Shown: positions 1 through 11,273 of the stretch, piece by piece | Layout: each line of letters starts with the position of its first letter | Position numbering within the stretch: position 1 is the first letter of the stretch | From: Paraspadella gotoi | Lineage: Eukaryota; Animalia; Chaetognatha | Length of the DNA stretch: 16,531 bases | Assembly (NCBI GenBank): GCA_051294375.1 | Contig: JBJCIZ010001321.1 | Location: 1-16,531 of the forward strand | Direction: 5' to 3' | Notes under the pieces: model-generated | Databases searched by the model: none | What the model saw: only the letters and a program-made list of their open reading frames with translations | What the model was told of the DNA's origin: nothing | Translations under genes and position numbers: made by a program

Positions 1-734
1 CAGGGATTATATAAAATTAATCAAAGCAATATAGCATATTCCTATGCTTATGCCAGCAAAGCACGAATCTCGAATATCTGTATTACTTAATACGATAACA
101 ATAATTACCATTAAACAGATTACAATTAATCCAAACATTAACAAGAAAAAAGGGAAAATTGATAAACAGCTGATTAGTGAGCTCTGTTTATTTTCCTCTA
201 ACCAATTTAAAAGTGGTTATCTAAGCTTGATGAAATTAATAATGGAAATTATGTTCAATGACATCAGCTGGTTAGTTCTCAAAAAATAGAAATTGCTCTT
301 TTGTTTGGATGATAACAAAAGGTTACATTGTTATATGGAAGTAGAATTTAATAAATAAAGGATTTATATAAGATGAAAATCAAATATCATCTCAATACTT
401 ACAACACAGCCGGCCACGAATGTCGAGGAATCGACCATGAAATGGGAGGACCGAGTTCAATTCACAATTAAAAATGACGTTTTCTGTCAGTTTCTAAGAA
501 AAATTTTTTCTTTACTTGATAAAAGTCATGTTTTGTTCCTTCTTACGTGTCATCTCCTTCATTCTACATACTTTTAAATCTGTTCTTCGCTAATTTTCTC
601 TTTTCTTTCCTTTAATATAACAAACATTCTTTTTGTATCAGACACCTACCCTCTCATTCCCAAATCTCTTTTTTAATTTCTTTTTTTTTTTCTTTTCTCC
701 AATTTTAAAAAAAAGAAAGATCAAAGGATAAAAA

Positions 735-1002
735 AAAGACTTACAAGAACTAAGAAAAAACTAAAGAACAAAGGAAAAAGATAAAGATAAAGGAAAAAGG
801 ATTACAGAACTAAGAAAAAGAAATTAGACAACCAACAAATTAAACAACAAAGGAAAAAGATTAGTGAACACAAAAAAAGGGATTACAGAAACTAAAGAAA
901 AGGGATTAAAGAACAAAGGAAAAAGATTAGCGAACAAAGAAAAAGGATTACAGAACTAAAAAAGATATTAAAGAACAAAGGAAAAATTAGCGAACAAAAG
1001 AA
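735..1002 (+). repeat. 21-bp minisatellite (~12-13 units, with a 63-bp higher-order period)
   Basis: Units ATTACAGAACTAAGAAAAGGG, ATTAAAGAACAAAGGAAAAAG and ATTAGCGAACAAAGAAAAAGG recur in that order. Confidence 0.9.
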
Positions 1003-1102
1003 ATGATAAAGATCTTTTTACTCCCACCAGACCTTCAATTATTTCGACGCTTGTGTCTCGTTAAAACGAGAGTTTTTTTTTGGGAGGGGGGACCAATCCC
1101 TT

Positions 1103-1105
<3 letters not shown>

Positions 1106-1136
<31 letters not shown>
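1106..1136. repeat. (TCG)n microsatellite
   Basis: About 10 perfect TCG units. Mirror copy at 15986-16013. Confidence 0.95.
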
Positions 1137-1315
1137 TCTTTTAACTCAAGCAAAAAACTCTTTCTCTCTTTTATTGAGCGACGATAAGTTTAGCTTTCGG
1201 CGTCAAAAAAAAAAAAACATTTTCATTTTTTCTTTTTCTCATCGCGATTAGTTTATGTTTGATTTAATGATTAAAGATGTATAAATAAATTTCAAGTCAT
1301 TTCTCTCGACTTGTC

Positions 1316-1400
1316 AGTTCCATCCCTGACCGCTTCATTCTCTGCTCAGTTCGATCGCCTTACCCGCCTTCATCTATCATCCAAACTCCATCCCTAACTC
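1316..1400. repeat. Imperfect ~35-bp direct repeat, ~2.5 copies
   Basis: Clearest in the mirror copy 15729-15813: TTAGGGATGGAGTTGGATCATAGATGAAGGCGGG / TCAGGGATCAAACTGAGTCAGAGAATGAGACGGG / TCAGGGATGGAACTGA. Confidence 0.6.
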
Positions 1401-1458
1401 ACTTATAAAATAACCCTGCCCCACCTTATTCCTGTCCACTTTCCGTTTTCTGGCCCAA

Positions 1459-1464
1459 CTCTCA

Positions 1465-1497
<33 letters not shown>

Positions 1498-1503
1498 CTC
1501 TCT
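1459..1503. repeat. (CT)n microsatellite
   Basis: Seen directly. Mirror (GA)n at 15622-15667. Confidence 0.95.
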
Positions 1504-1709
1504 GAACCTCTTTTTTTGAACTCGTAAACTTGAGAGCAAACAATTATATCGTCAAGAAGAGAAAAAGAACAAGAATAGAAAAAGAAAAGATAAAGAAAAA
1601 AGAAAAGATAAAAGATTTACGGTTTCCGCGGTTTTTTTTCTGTGACGAAAAAGAAAAGAGATCATTGACCGCAGCTGAATCTCTAAAGACAAGATAAACT
1701 ATACTATTT

Positions 1710-2175
1710 TAATCATTCGCATTTCATTTCATATCATTTCATTCATAATCATTTCATTCACCATCATTCCAATATATTTCTTATTCCACATCACTTTATT
1801 CAATATCCACTTTATTCATATCATTTTATTCATATCATTTTATCATAATCTTCATTATATCATTTCATTCATGTCATTTTATTCATATCATTTATTCATA
1901 TCATTCATTCATTATGCATTATCATAATCATTTTTTTCAATATCATTTCATTCATATATTTCATTCATTCATATCATTTCCATAATCATTTTCATTCAAT
2001 ATCGTTTCATTCATTAATCATATTCATTCATATCATTTCATTCATATCTTTCATTCATATCATTTCATTCATACATTTCATTTATATGCAATTTCAATTC
2101 ATAATCATTTCATTCATATCATTTCATTCATATCGTTGCATATTCATATCATATCATTCATTCATTCATTTTCAC
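1710..2175. repeat. ~14-bp satellite, consensus approximately CATTTCATTCATAT
   Basis: Many degenerate tandem copies of TTCATTCATATCAT. Produces spurious His/Ile/Phe/Ser-rich ORFs. Confidence 0.92.
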
Positions 2176-2546
2176 GATATCGCGATAAAACGTTGGAACA
2201 TTTTTTATTTATACTCAGTGACAAAGTGGAATATCAACTACTGGGAAGTGAGCATTTTAGAAGGCGTACAATGTGTTCTGCATTGTATTATATTTTATCA
2301 TACGAAAATGCGCTAAATTAAAATCTAAATTGTGCCCTTATCAAAAAACCTCGTATATTTTTCCCTGAAATGCACTCATTTTCGGAAAAGAAACAAATTT
2401 TAATTTAAATTACCGTTTTTCTTTCGATTTAATCGAGATTCGAATAGTGAAAATTACATTAACAAGAACGACGACGAACGACGACGACACGAACCGTCTT
2501 GCTACTCTGTCTTGACTTACTTGTCGGCCGTCTGTCTCTATCATAG

Positions 2547-2665
2547 TGCAACTGCCTCGACGGCTACGAAGGAATTCATTGCGAAGTCAACATCAAACGG
2601 AAATGTCGGGCCCTAATCCTTGTCTTAACTGCCGCCATACCTGCGTTGCGTGCATTAGAGCCAGA
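2547..2665 (+). CDS. EGF-repeat exon A of a spliced multi-EGF protein gene (frameshifted by read errors; 5' edge uncertain)
   Basis: From 2547 it reads cleanly TGC AAC TGC CTC GAC GGC TAC GAA GGA ATT CAT TGC GAA GTC AAC ATC = CNCLDGYEGIHCEVNI. Consensus with the mirror copy continues NECxPNPCLNSATCV. A GTGAGT splice donor follows at 2666-2671. Confidence 0.85.
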
Positions 2666-2681
2666 GTGAGTGCGGAGAAAC

Positions 2682-2710
2682 GAAGAGAGAGAGAGAGAGA
2701 GCAGAGAGAC

Positions 2711-2746
<36 letters not shown>

Positions 2747-3451
2747 GAGGGATGCGAGGAAGATTAGGATGCTGACGAAGTAGAGGGCAAGGGAGGGACG
2801 TGCAGGGCACAAAAAAGAGAAAGAGAGTAGAGGAGGTTTGAGGGGAAGATTGGCCGAGGAAGACGCTAGAAGAAAGGGAGGCATAAATATTTGTAGGAAG
2901 GGCAAGAAGGAAGAGAGGAAGGAAAGGGGAAGACAGAAGAGAAGAAAGAAGAAGGAAAAAAGTAAATAAGAAAATTGAAAGAGAAGCGAAAGGATTAAGG
3001 AAGATAACTGCGACTGCCGTGAGAATGAAGGAAGCATTAAAATGTGAGGATAAACATATGAATAAAGGAGAAGGTAAGTCTTAAAAAAAAAGGAAAAAGA
3101 AAAAAGAAGAAAAATGAAAAATTCGCAAAGAGCTAAAAAAAACACAAAATAAAACGCTTGAAGGGAAAAGTCGATGCATTAAAGAGATTCATGTGGATTA
3201 ATGATTAGCGAGAGTAAGAGGAGAGAGAAGAGAACAAGGATGATGAGAGAGAAGAGAGAGAGAGAGGAGAGAGAAAGAAGAGAGAGAGAGAGAGAAGGAA
3301 GCCTTATGTTACTCATAATTAATAAGAAGAACATTATACAGCGGAGAAAAATGGCGAGACGTTGTCCCAAGGAGAGGAAATGAGAAGGGAGTGATTTTAT
3401 GAGCGATGTGTAAAGGAGCACGCAGAGAGAGGAAGACAGAAGAGAGAGAAC

Positions 3452-3489
<38 letters not shown>

Positions 3490-3560
3490 AGACGAGGAGA
3501 GAGAGAGAGAGAAGAGAGAGAGAATCCGTAATTAAGGAGAAAAAGCAATAAAGAAGAATA
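2682..3560. repeat. Intronic polypurine region with several (GA)n tracts
   Basis: GA runs at ~2683-2745, ~3215-3300 and ~3424-3522, starting just after the exon A donor. Confidence 0.9.
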
Positions 3561-4440
3561 AAACGTAGACAAAAAGTCCTTTACACGTCTTGAAGAAAGT
3601 TGTTAAAAAAAAGGGAGGAATGGAAATTAGAGATACAATAAATGTAGAAAAGAGTATAAATTAAAAAAATGGCTCTAATTTTACTTATAAAAGCGCTTCA
3701 TTTCACTGTTAGTCTAATCATCTGATTATAATATGAAGATAATCTGATAAAGATATTTATTCCTTTTTTGAGAATTCAAGAATTCTAAATTTCCAAGCAA
3801 CACTTAATTTCCAATTACATAACCCTTAATCTTTAACGCATTATAATTTAAACATCAACATTGAGCTGTTCAAAAACTTATTTAAATATCTGAAATTGAC
3901 TAAATGAAAAATGGGCGGGACCTATTTAGGAAAACATATGTTCCGGTAAAAAAATTGAAAGAGGAAAAATGAGATAAAAAACCGCGAAAATGAGAACAAA
4001 AAAAAAAAATTTTAAGAAAAAAATTAAACAACTTGTTTAATCTCAAAAGAAAAAATTATGTAAGAAAATGGGTCGTTTTTTACGAATAATCTTCTTTCTG
4101 GCTCTTTTCTCGCACGAATCGGTGTTGAAATATGTTAAGAAAGGTGAAAAGAATAATGAATGGGGCACCAGTTGGATTACGATGTAAAAAAACGACATTA
4201 AAAGTTCCAAAAAAAAATTATTTTAATTAATAAATCACCACAATTGTTTACTTTTTTTCTAACACATTATAACGCCTAACATCTATAGATTGCAAATCAA
4301 ATCGGTCAGAGTTATGTAGAAAAAAAAATGTATTTCTTAAATGATATGTTTCAATTAGGTCAATGTTATTAAATATATTAGCCTTTGAGAAAGACGTTCA
4401 ATTCCAGTACTGACATCTTAAATAAACCTCCCCCCCACAG

Positions 4441-4647
4441 ATACTCAATGCACATGTCGTCCTGGTTACGCGGGAAAAAAACTGTGAAATTGATTTGTTG
4501 ATGGACTGCGTATTATGAACAAATCATTGGTCTATAAATAGGATGGAACTTGTGTGGGATGACAAGTCAATGGGTGTTATTTGATTATTATTTATGTAGG
4601 AATGCGTACGCATGGAATTGGACTGGAGTGCAAATCTAGTCAGGAAC
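4441..4647 (+). CDS. EGF-repeat exon B
   Basis: Acceptor CCCCCCACAG ends at 4440. Two-arm consensus is approximately [54 protein letters not shown]. Donor GTA at 4648. This copy has many indels. Confidence 0.8.
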
Positions 4648-4798
4648 GTAGTAATCATCTTTTGTATGTTATTAATGAAAAAAATGTTCCACACACAGTT
4701 TTTGAGCCGAATTATAGTCTTGTATCTTAATTTATAAAGCCATAGTTTGAACTATCAGGTTCTCTAGTGTATGAATATTAACAACTATAATATGTAAA

Positions 4799-6510
4799 GG
4801 CACTATCCCAGCGCAGAGGTATAAACGTGCCCTGCCCAGGAAGAGAGGCCTAATGGAGAGGATGACAATATAGAGACAGCAAAGAGCAAGGGTTTGGCAC
4901 TTGAATCAGAGAATTTAGAAGATGACAAGAGAACACAGAGAAGCAGATGGACGATCGGAACATGGAAAGTGAAAGGAGAACATAAAACGTTATCAGGCGC
5001 CACAATAAAAAATAGGAAGGATAATTCAGGATCATCTGTCAATCGAATTTTCTATATTATACAATACATTTGACGGAATTCTGTAATTTATCTAAATAGC
5101 GCTTATAACGACGTGAAAATTGGGTAACAGCCAATATATATTTTGGGTAAAAATTAAAGGTTAATAACATATTATGTATAAAGAGATAAATTAAGAATAG
5201 TGTAAGTTACTAGAAAATAAATAAGGCGTAACGAAAAAGTTCACGGGAGGTTAAGTAAGGGTTACGGGGTAAGTTCAGAAAGGTTAGGGATAAGTTAGGG
5301 TTAGGGGTAAGTTATGGAATAGGGGTAACGGATTGAAAATGGTTAGGGGTAGAAGGTAAGGTACTGAGGGCTTTTAGAGGGTAAGCTCGTGGGTTTATAA
5401 GAGGATAGATGAGAAATGAGTAAATTAGGAAGTTTAAGATATGATATCAAATTAAGTTGTCCTCGGTTCACAGTATTATAATAATTTAATATTGGTCAAA
5501 CGAAAAAAGAATATTATATGAGGATATTAATGATAAATTTGAGTAAAAAGACAGGATGGAATAATAGGATGAGCATATTTAGTGACAATGAGTAGAAAGA
5601 GAGAGAGACAGAAATGTTAATGAGTATATGAGTATGATATGAAAGTATACAACTATAGATGGTCATAATACTTAGGTACAGATACAGGCCAGAGGATATA
5701 AATTAACGAGCAAAGCGAGATTTAAGCCAGAAAGAGAGATAAAGAGAGAGAGACGTATGATCAAGTTTTTAAAATTGCCAAGTTCCGTCTCTCATTCGCA
5801 TACCGTATTATCATCTCAAGAGATGTTTACAGTAGGAAATAAGAGTTGATGGTCCGGAGTTAGAACAAAGTCTGTATGGTATATATTACTTGTTGAACTA
5901 GGTAGATATTAGGAGGGTAATGGAAGAAGTAAAACATGAGAGAGATGACCGGACGAGGAGGAATGCAAAGAAGAGAGAAGGACAGTAGAGAAGAGGAGAG
6001 AAAGAAGCAGAGAAGAGAGTAAGCCAATGTATCTGGAACCTGAAATAATTGAAAAGTTAGTAATGGCCGGGTTTTTAGAATTACACCTTGACACTAAATC
6101 TAAACAACTGTTATTTTGGTAGAGATACCTTTCTATCAAATGAGCGAATCGATAATAAAGAACCAGAAAGAAAATCTAAAAATAAAGACTTATGAAAAAA
6201 AAATCAGATAATTTAATAAAGCGGAAGAAAGAATCATATGATGATGAATATTTTTGAGAGAGTAAAAATTAAAAAGTAAATCTTGTCGTGAAGTACTTGT
6301 GCGTTGAAGCTTATTAAAAATAGATTAGAGTTTAAACGTGTTGGTTTGTCAGTTAACTGTAAATCAGTTGGGTTATATGTTACTGTAAGTTCTTTAAATG
6401 TTCTCTTGGTGCGCAGTGAAAGTATTTAACGAGGCTTGTATTGTTTCGCGTATCTTCTTTCCTCAGTCTCCCGTGATGAGTTCTACCTGTGCAGCATCGC
6501 GAGATATGTG
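4799..6510. mobile_element. Noisy, insertion-expanded left-arm copy of the putative MITE
   Basis: 4799-4891 (GGCACTATCCC...GAGGCCTAATGG...AAAGAGCAAGG) mirrors 12546-12603. The second TIR is only weakly recognisable at ~6450-6510. Confidence 0.4.
5249..5360 (+). repeat. Degenerate telomere-like TTAGG(G)/GGTAAG tract
   Basis: For example AGGTTAGGGATAAGTTAGGGTTAGGGGTAAGTTA. Irregular and internal. Confidence 0.75.
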
Positions 6511-7028
6511 GGATAATATGATTTAAAATAATTCATGTCTCAAGCCGGTTACGAAGGAGGAATGACAAGCTGAATGAGCTGATAGTTATGTTACCGATAT
6601 GCCTAATGGCACTAAAAATGTGTAGCTCAAAAATTAATATATCTTAATAGTCCCGACTGAAATATGAATGTTCTATACTCATTATAGTGGTAACGATATG
6701 TCATGATGTTTACTTTTTTTAGTATCTGATAAATAGTTCATTAACCTGATATGACTAGCTGGTTTGTTCAACGAGAGAATAAAATATATAAAATGACTTA
6801 AGCGGTTATAATATTTAATTCAGATATTGATAATAATCTTCAGATACACCACATGAACAACGTTTGATTATTCATGCAAACGCGGAATTTATCCCCTAAC
6901 GAGACCTTCGTTAGTCATAGACTAAGATTAAGCTACGAGTAAAAAAGCTCAATTATTTCGAACTTTAATTTTCCGATCCTTCATCGAGAGAAAAAAATAC
7001 AGATATATTTATTTGTACATTCGTTCAG

Positions 7029-7149
7029 CAGGTCAACACGAGTAATGTGCTCTTATTAGTCAGTATTACCTTTGTCGTCAATCACCTGCGGAAGCTTTGA
7101 CGTCGCGCACTGGAATTAATCAGTTTTACTTGGCTACTGTCAGCGGTGG
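7029..7149 (+). CDS. EGF-repeat exon C (very noisy copy)
   Basis: The 3' half (GGAATTAATCAGTTTTACTTGGCTACTGTCAGCGGTGG|GTAAGT) matches the cleaner mirror copy encoding [12 protein letters not shown]. Canonical GTAAGT donor at 7150-7155. Confidence 0.65.
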
Positions 7150-10100
7150 GTAAGTTAATTCCAGGACTCCTGAAAACACATCTCTCATTTAGATTCCTCG
7201 ATATAGAAATCTGAAAAAGCAATATTTCTATGACGGATTCTACCATCGCTAGATATCAAAATTAGGTAGTACGAGTATTATTATATGTCAACTTATTCAT
7301 TACACGAAGTTTATTATAATAGTCTAGAAACTTTAGACATTATCAAGTAGTGATTGTCTGACATGCATTATAAAGCTTACAATAAGTATAAAATTGATTA
7401 TTAAAGATCACTGAATATTCAGTTTTTCTTTATCAAACATGGTTGTTTTTATATACATCCGAGTCATTCGCAGGCTGGGGGTTGTCTGAAATCGAACATA
7501 CTTTTGTGTCTAGTATTATTCAAATACAGAAGACATGAAATATTAATAGATATGCTACAATTAGCATTGTACCTTTAGGCGTCAATACTACGTCCATATC
7601 ATATATTCCGATATGAGATAGAGAGAGCGGATGAGCAGTGACATGTCTGACAATAAAGTCGAATACATTTTCCAAGGTTCGACGAAATAGATCTCTTTGA
7701 ATGGGAGCCACTATGGCGGCATACCCACGGGAACTATGCGAAGACTTCCCTGTACGGCAAAACTTACAGATGCGTACTGTCCCGACTCAGGACAGACCTC
7801 CTATCACTCGCGTAGCAGTGCTCTGGGATTACGGGCACTCTCATAAGTACTTGGGGGAGACGACGGTGGTATATCTTTGAGGACTTTCTTTGAGGTTAGC
7901 CATGAGACGTGTACCTCGGAGAGAAGAATTAAAAGACTGTTGAAATGTAACAATTCTTAGTTCTGGTTGATGGGAATTTTAAAGACACTCAGGCTATTGA
8001 GAGATACATTGCATGGAGGGAACAGCACTGTGAGGAGCTTCGCGAGGTTCTGAAGAACTTACCAGTTTAGCAAGATTAACAGGGCATCCCAGTGAGGACT
8101 GGCAAAGCCTCAGAAGGCAGTTTAGAGAGAGGATACTGCTGTATATGTTCCTCACTCAGAAACAATCAGGATTGGAAGAACTACAGTGCCCGAGTGTTTG
8201 TAAGGGCTTTAAGAGGCCTTGAAAGCTGGGACAGAGGAAACATACATAAAGGTTTAAGAGAGGGACACATGGCGACATAATTAGTGCTTTAGGATTCTTG
8301 GGGAATGGCCTAGAAGTAAATAATTATCCGCTATTTTCGAGGTAGCTATTGCATGGTCTGATAATGCGACACTCAGATTCGTACACACAAGATCATTCAC
8401 ATATATACAACTGAAACAATTTATCTTTTTATTTTGAACTCTTATATGTGAAAGGAGATATGTTTTATTGACCTCTTATACTTTTTTTTTTTTCTTTTTT
8501 TATCCATTTGGAATCTGGTGCTCATTCTCTTTCGATATATTTACACAGTCGGGTTGTTCAAAGTAACATGTCACGAGATTGTAAATATACCTGCTTCCAA
8601 CTATGAGTCTCTAATACTAATACTAAGAGTATTTGCATAATAGATAGAATATTCAATAACCTACTTTTTTCTTATAGTACATATTATATTAATAAGAATT
8701 AGGAGAGTTATCATCAAGCAATATATATAATATAGACTATCATCTCAGGTATTTTAAATAATAAATATAGAGAAGTATATGCAGCATCTATATAAATCTT
8801 GCCAAGACTGATTTCATAATAGCACTTACACTCACTTTAGAAGACAGGATATATATTAGTTAGTCAGTAAGTTGTTTATATTATAAGCACATCTAACAAT
8901 ACTAATTTCATCACTCTTACAGATATGACATATATTGAATATACCTAGCTAAAATGACATATAAGTACTCTACTCACAAGTCTACCAGTGAGCTATTAAT
9001 TATCTATCGAAGCAACAAATATGAGTACCTTTATATAGGCTTACACATATATTATAGTCAATTAGGAGTGGTATATACTAATATATTAGATAAGAGAAAT
9101 CAGTTTAAGAATAATTTAGATGAGTAATAAGGTGTCTACACACAAGTTATCCACAGTTAGAAAATATAATATCATGAGACGGCTCAATCGCTATACTTAT
9201 TTCAATTCGGTATTCACATGACATATTATATTCAGCTCAAAATAATAAAAACTTTTATATATATCTGAATACAACAAGAAATACTCATTGAACGAGGCAA
9301 GTTACTAAGACGATATTTTCTGGAGGTCTCAACAAGCCGCGTAAAAATAAATTATATAACTAGAGACTTAAAGGAATAGTTAAAACACAAGCGAGATTAG
9401 TCAGTGTTCCCTACTAGAGTGAATCATATCAGTCATGCGTTTTACAAAGAACCTTATCATTCATTCGACTTAGCTTAGTACAGAAATTAAACTTATAACT
9501 CTTTGTATTTCGTAATCGACATTCATCATCTGTTTGCCAAAGACTCAGACAGTTGTCAGTTCGCACGTTAAGTTGGCAGCAAAGGGACAGTTTGTTTAAA
9601 TTTCATCCTTATATAACATAAATCGTGCTAAACCTAAGTATTTATCAATATACTCCGTTCCTCGCTTGATAAGACCAAATACTTCTTTTGCAACGTGATT
9701 TCCAGTTCGAAAATACAGAGAATTAATTTACATCAATTATTGATATAGCAAATATAGTTTAGTAATTATTATGTTTTTTCTTCATTATTGATAGATAAAT
9801 TCATAGATGAATATTGTATACATAGTCATTTTTCATTTCGCTTTTTGAGTCAATTAGAGATCTTAATCCACGTGCGAACAACAAGCAGGACCATCTATCA
9901 ACAGTAGAACGCATCTAGAATCTAGCAGCAACAAATCTTGGTCATCAGCAGAACTAAAATCTTTCTATAATCAACTTAACATTGTTATGAAGATTCTAGA
10001 TACGAATTCTATTATTGACGAAATATATTAATAATAACCAGATTAATTATTAAAATTTTAACTAAAAATCTTTTCCAATCAAAAAAAAACAAAATACATA

Positions 10101-11273
10101 CTATAGTTAGCAATGTTCTTTATGATTAGTACGCTTAAGCATAATACATACTGTATATCGGTTTATTAGCTTAAGCTGTTTCATCTCTTCAATTTAAACT
10201 AGGTTACTTTATATACATTTATTAATACGACACCATTAATTCAATATATTTAAATCTTTAATAATAAAAAAACAGATTAAACTTTTCAATCTATATCCAA
10301 TAATACCTCACCTCTCAGAAATATAAATTTTTATACGCAATTAGATAAACATTGAAAAAAATTATCCAACTATCATCTCTCCCGCCGGACTTCATTTGTA
10401 TGACAAGTACTGAAGCATAAATGTGAATCACGATGTCATTATTTAAAACCATCTCATTGATATAATTTAAAATATATCATTATAAGAAATACAGTATTGA
10501 ATTTACTAGATAGATCCATCTAGCTATTATCCTGACTTTTATAATAGATCTCTATTTCCCAGATTAAATTTCTACAGCATAACATATATCCTATGTAGAA
10601 GAGTGACTTTTTTATCTTTTTAGCCATAAAATAGCATATTTTACTCACCTAGATTGTTACAACTCATGAAATATTACAAGGCAGCTCAGATTTATGATAA
10701 AACAGTAAACCAGAATAGCTTACTATGAAATTTACACCAGGTTAAATTATTAGAAATAATTACTTATTTATTTAAGATTCTGTTTATATTCGCAGTCAAG
10801 GATAAGCAAAATTAAGATTATCCTTAAAACTAATATTTTATTCATGTTCCTTAAAATTTAAACCAGACATATGTCTCTGAATGTAATCCAAAGAGATGAT
10901 TATAAAGTTGTCTATTAAAATTAAAAGAATCTTAATTCCGGCTAATTGTACTTCGTACTATGGATGTTCGTAAATATATACCTCGTGGAAATAACTTAAT
11001 TAAATCCTTAAATTATTAAACTTATTAATTCAATGATATTCTATTATTTCTATATATTATGACGCCAGAATCCTAGCGAGTTTATTTATACGCGACCCTT
11101 CGTACCGGAGACTGATTTCGTGATATATTCATTAATTTTGTCAGTTTTTGCATGTCACAATGATAAATGTTAATTCTATATTAAAGTATTGAGATATCGA
11201 TTGATATCTAGCAGTAGATATTAGAATATCTTTATTCCATTTATTAAATAATGTATAGAGCGGAATTAACTAC

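Larger units (their letters stand above)
585..7600 (+). repeat. Left arm of a window-scale inverted repeat (fold-back)
   Basis: Colinear reverse-complement anchors found by eye: 585-605/16511-16531, 1000-1140/15980-16120, 2547-2671/14479-14599, 4430-4650/12741-12925, 4740-4775/12620-12660, 5130-5350/12170-12410, 5730-5790/11940-11990, 6878-6910/11423-11452, 7110-7162/11262-11312, 7240-7260/11200-11218. The inner boundary is approximate. Confidence 0.95.

Noticed and set aside
735-1002. Possible CRISPR array
   Set aside because: Contiguous degenerate 21-bp units with no unique spacers and no cas genes, in eukaryotic context.
2546-2767. CLNCRHTCVAC as a Zn-finger or Fe-S motif
   Set aside because: Mix of frames caused by indels; the two-arm consensus is the EGF motif PCLNSATCV.
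2576-3572. Long Leu/Ser/Phe- or Arg/Glu-rich ORFs (also 13541-14544)
   Set aside because: Translations of (CT)n/(GA)n tracts within an intron; frames are not conserved between the two arms.
5249-5360. True telomere or hairpin end of a linear replicon
   Set aside because: The tract is short, degenerate and intronic, and is not at the symmetry centre; no replicon genes are present.
5948-5980. Resemblance to the PacBio SMRTbell adapter (GGAGGAGGAGGAAAAGAGAGAGAT)
   Set aside because: Low-complexity partial match; arm orientation does not flip here.
7013-7028. TTGTACATTCGTTCAG resembling the nanopore adapter
   Set aside because: Coincides with the exon C acceptor (TTTTATTTTCTTCAG in the mirror), and colinearity continues across it.
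8092-8280. 62-aa ORF in the centre (also 7520-7711, 5909-6139 and 44-289)
   Set aside because: Short, with no motifs, in error-rich sequence and without mirror support.
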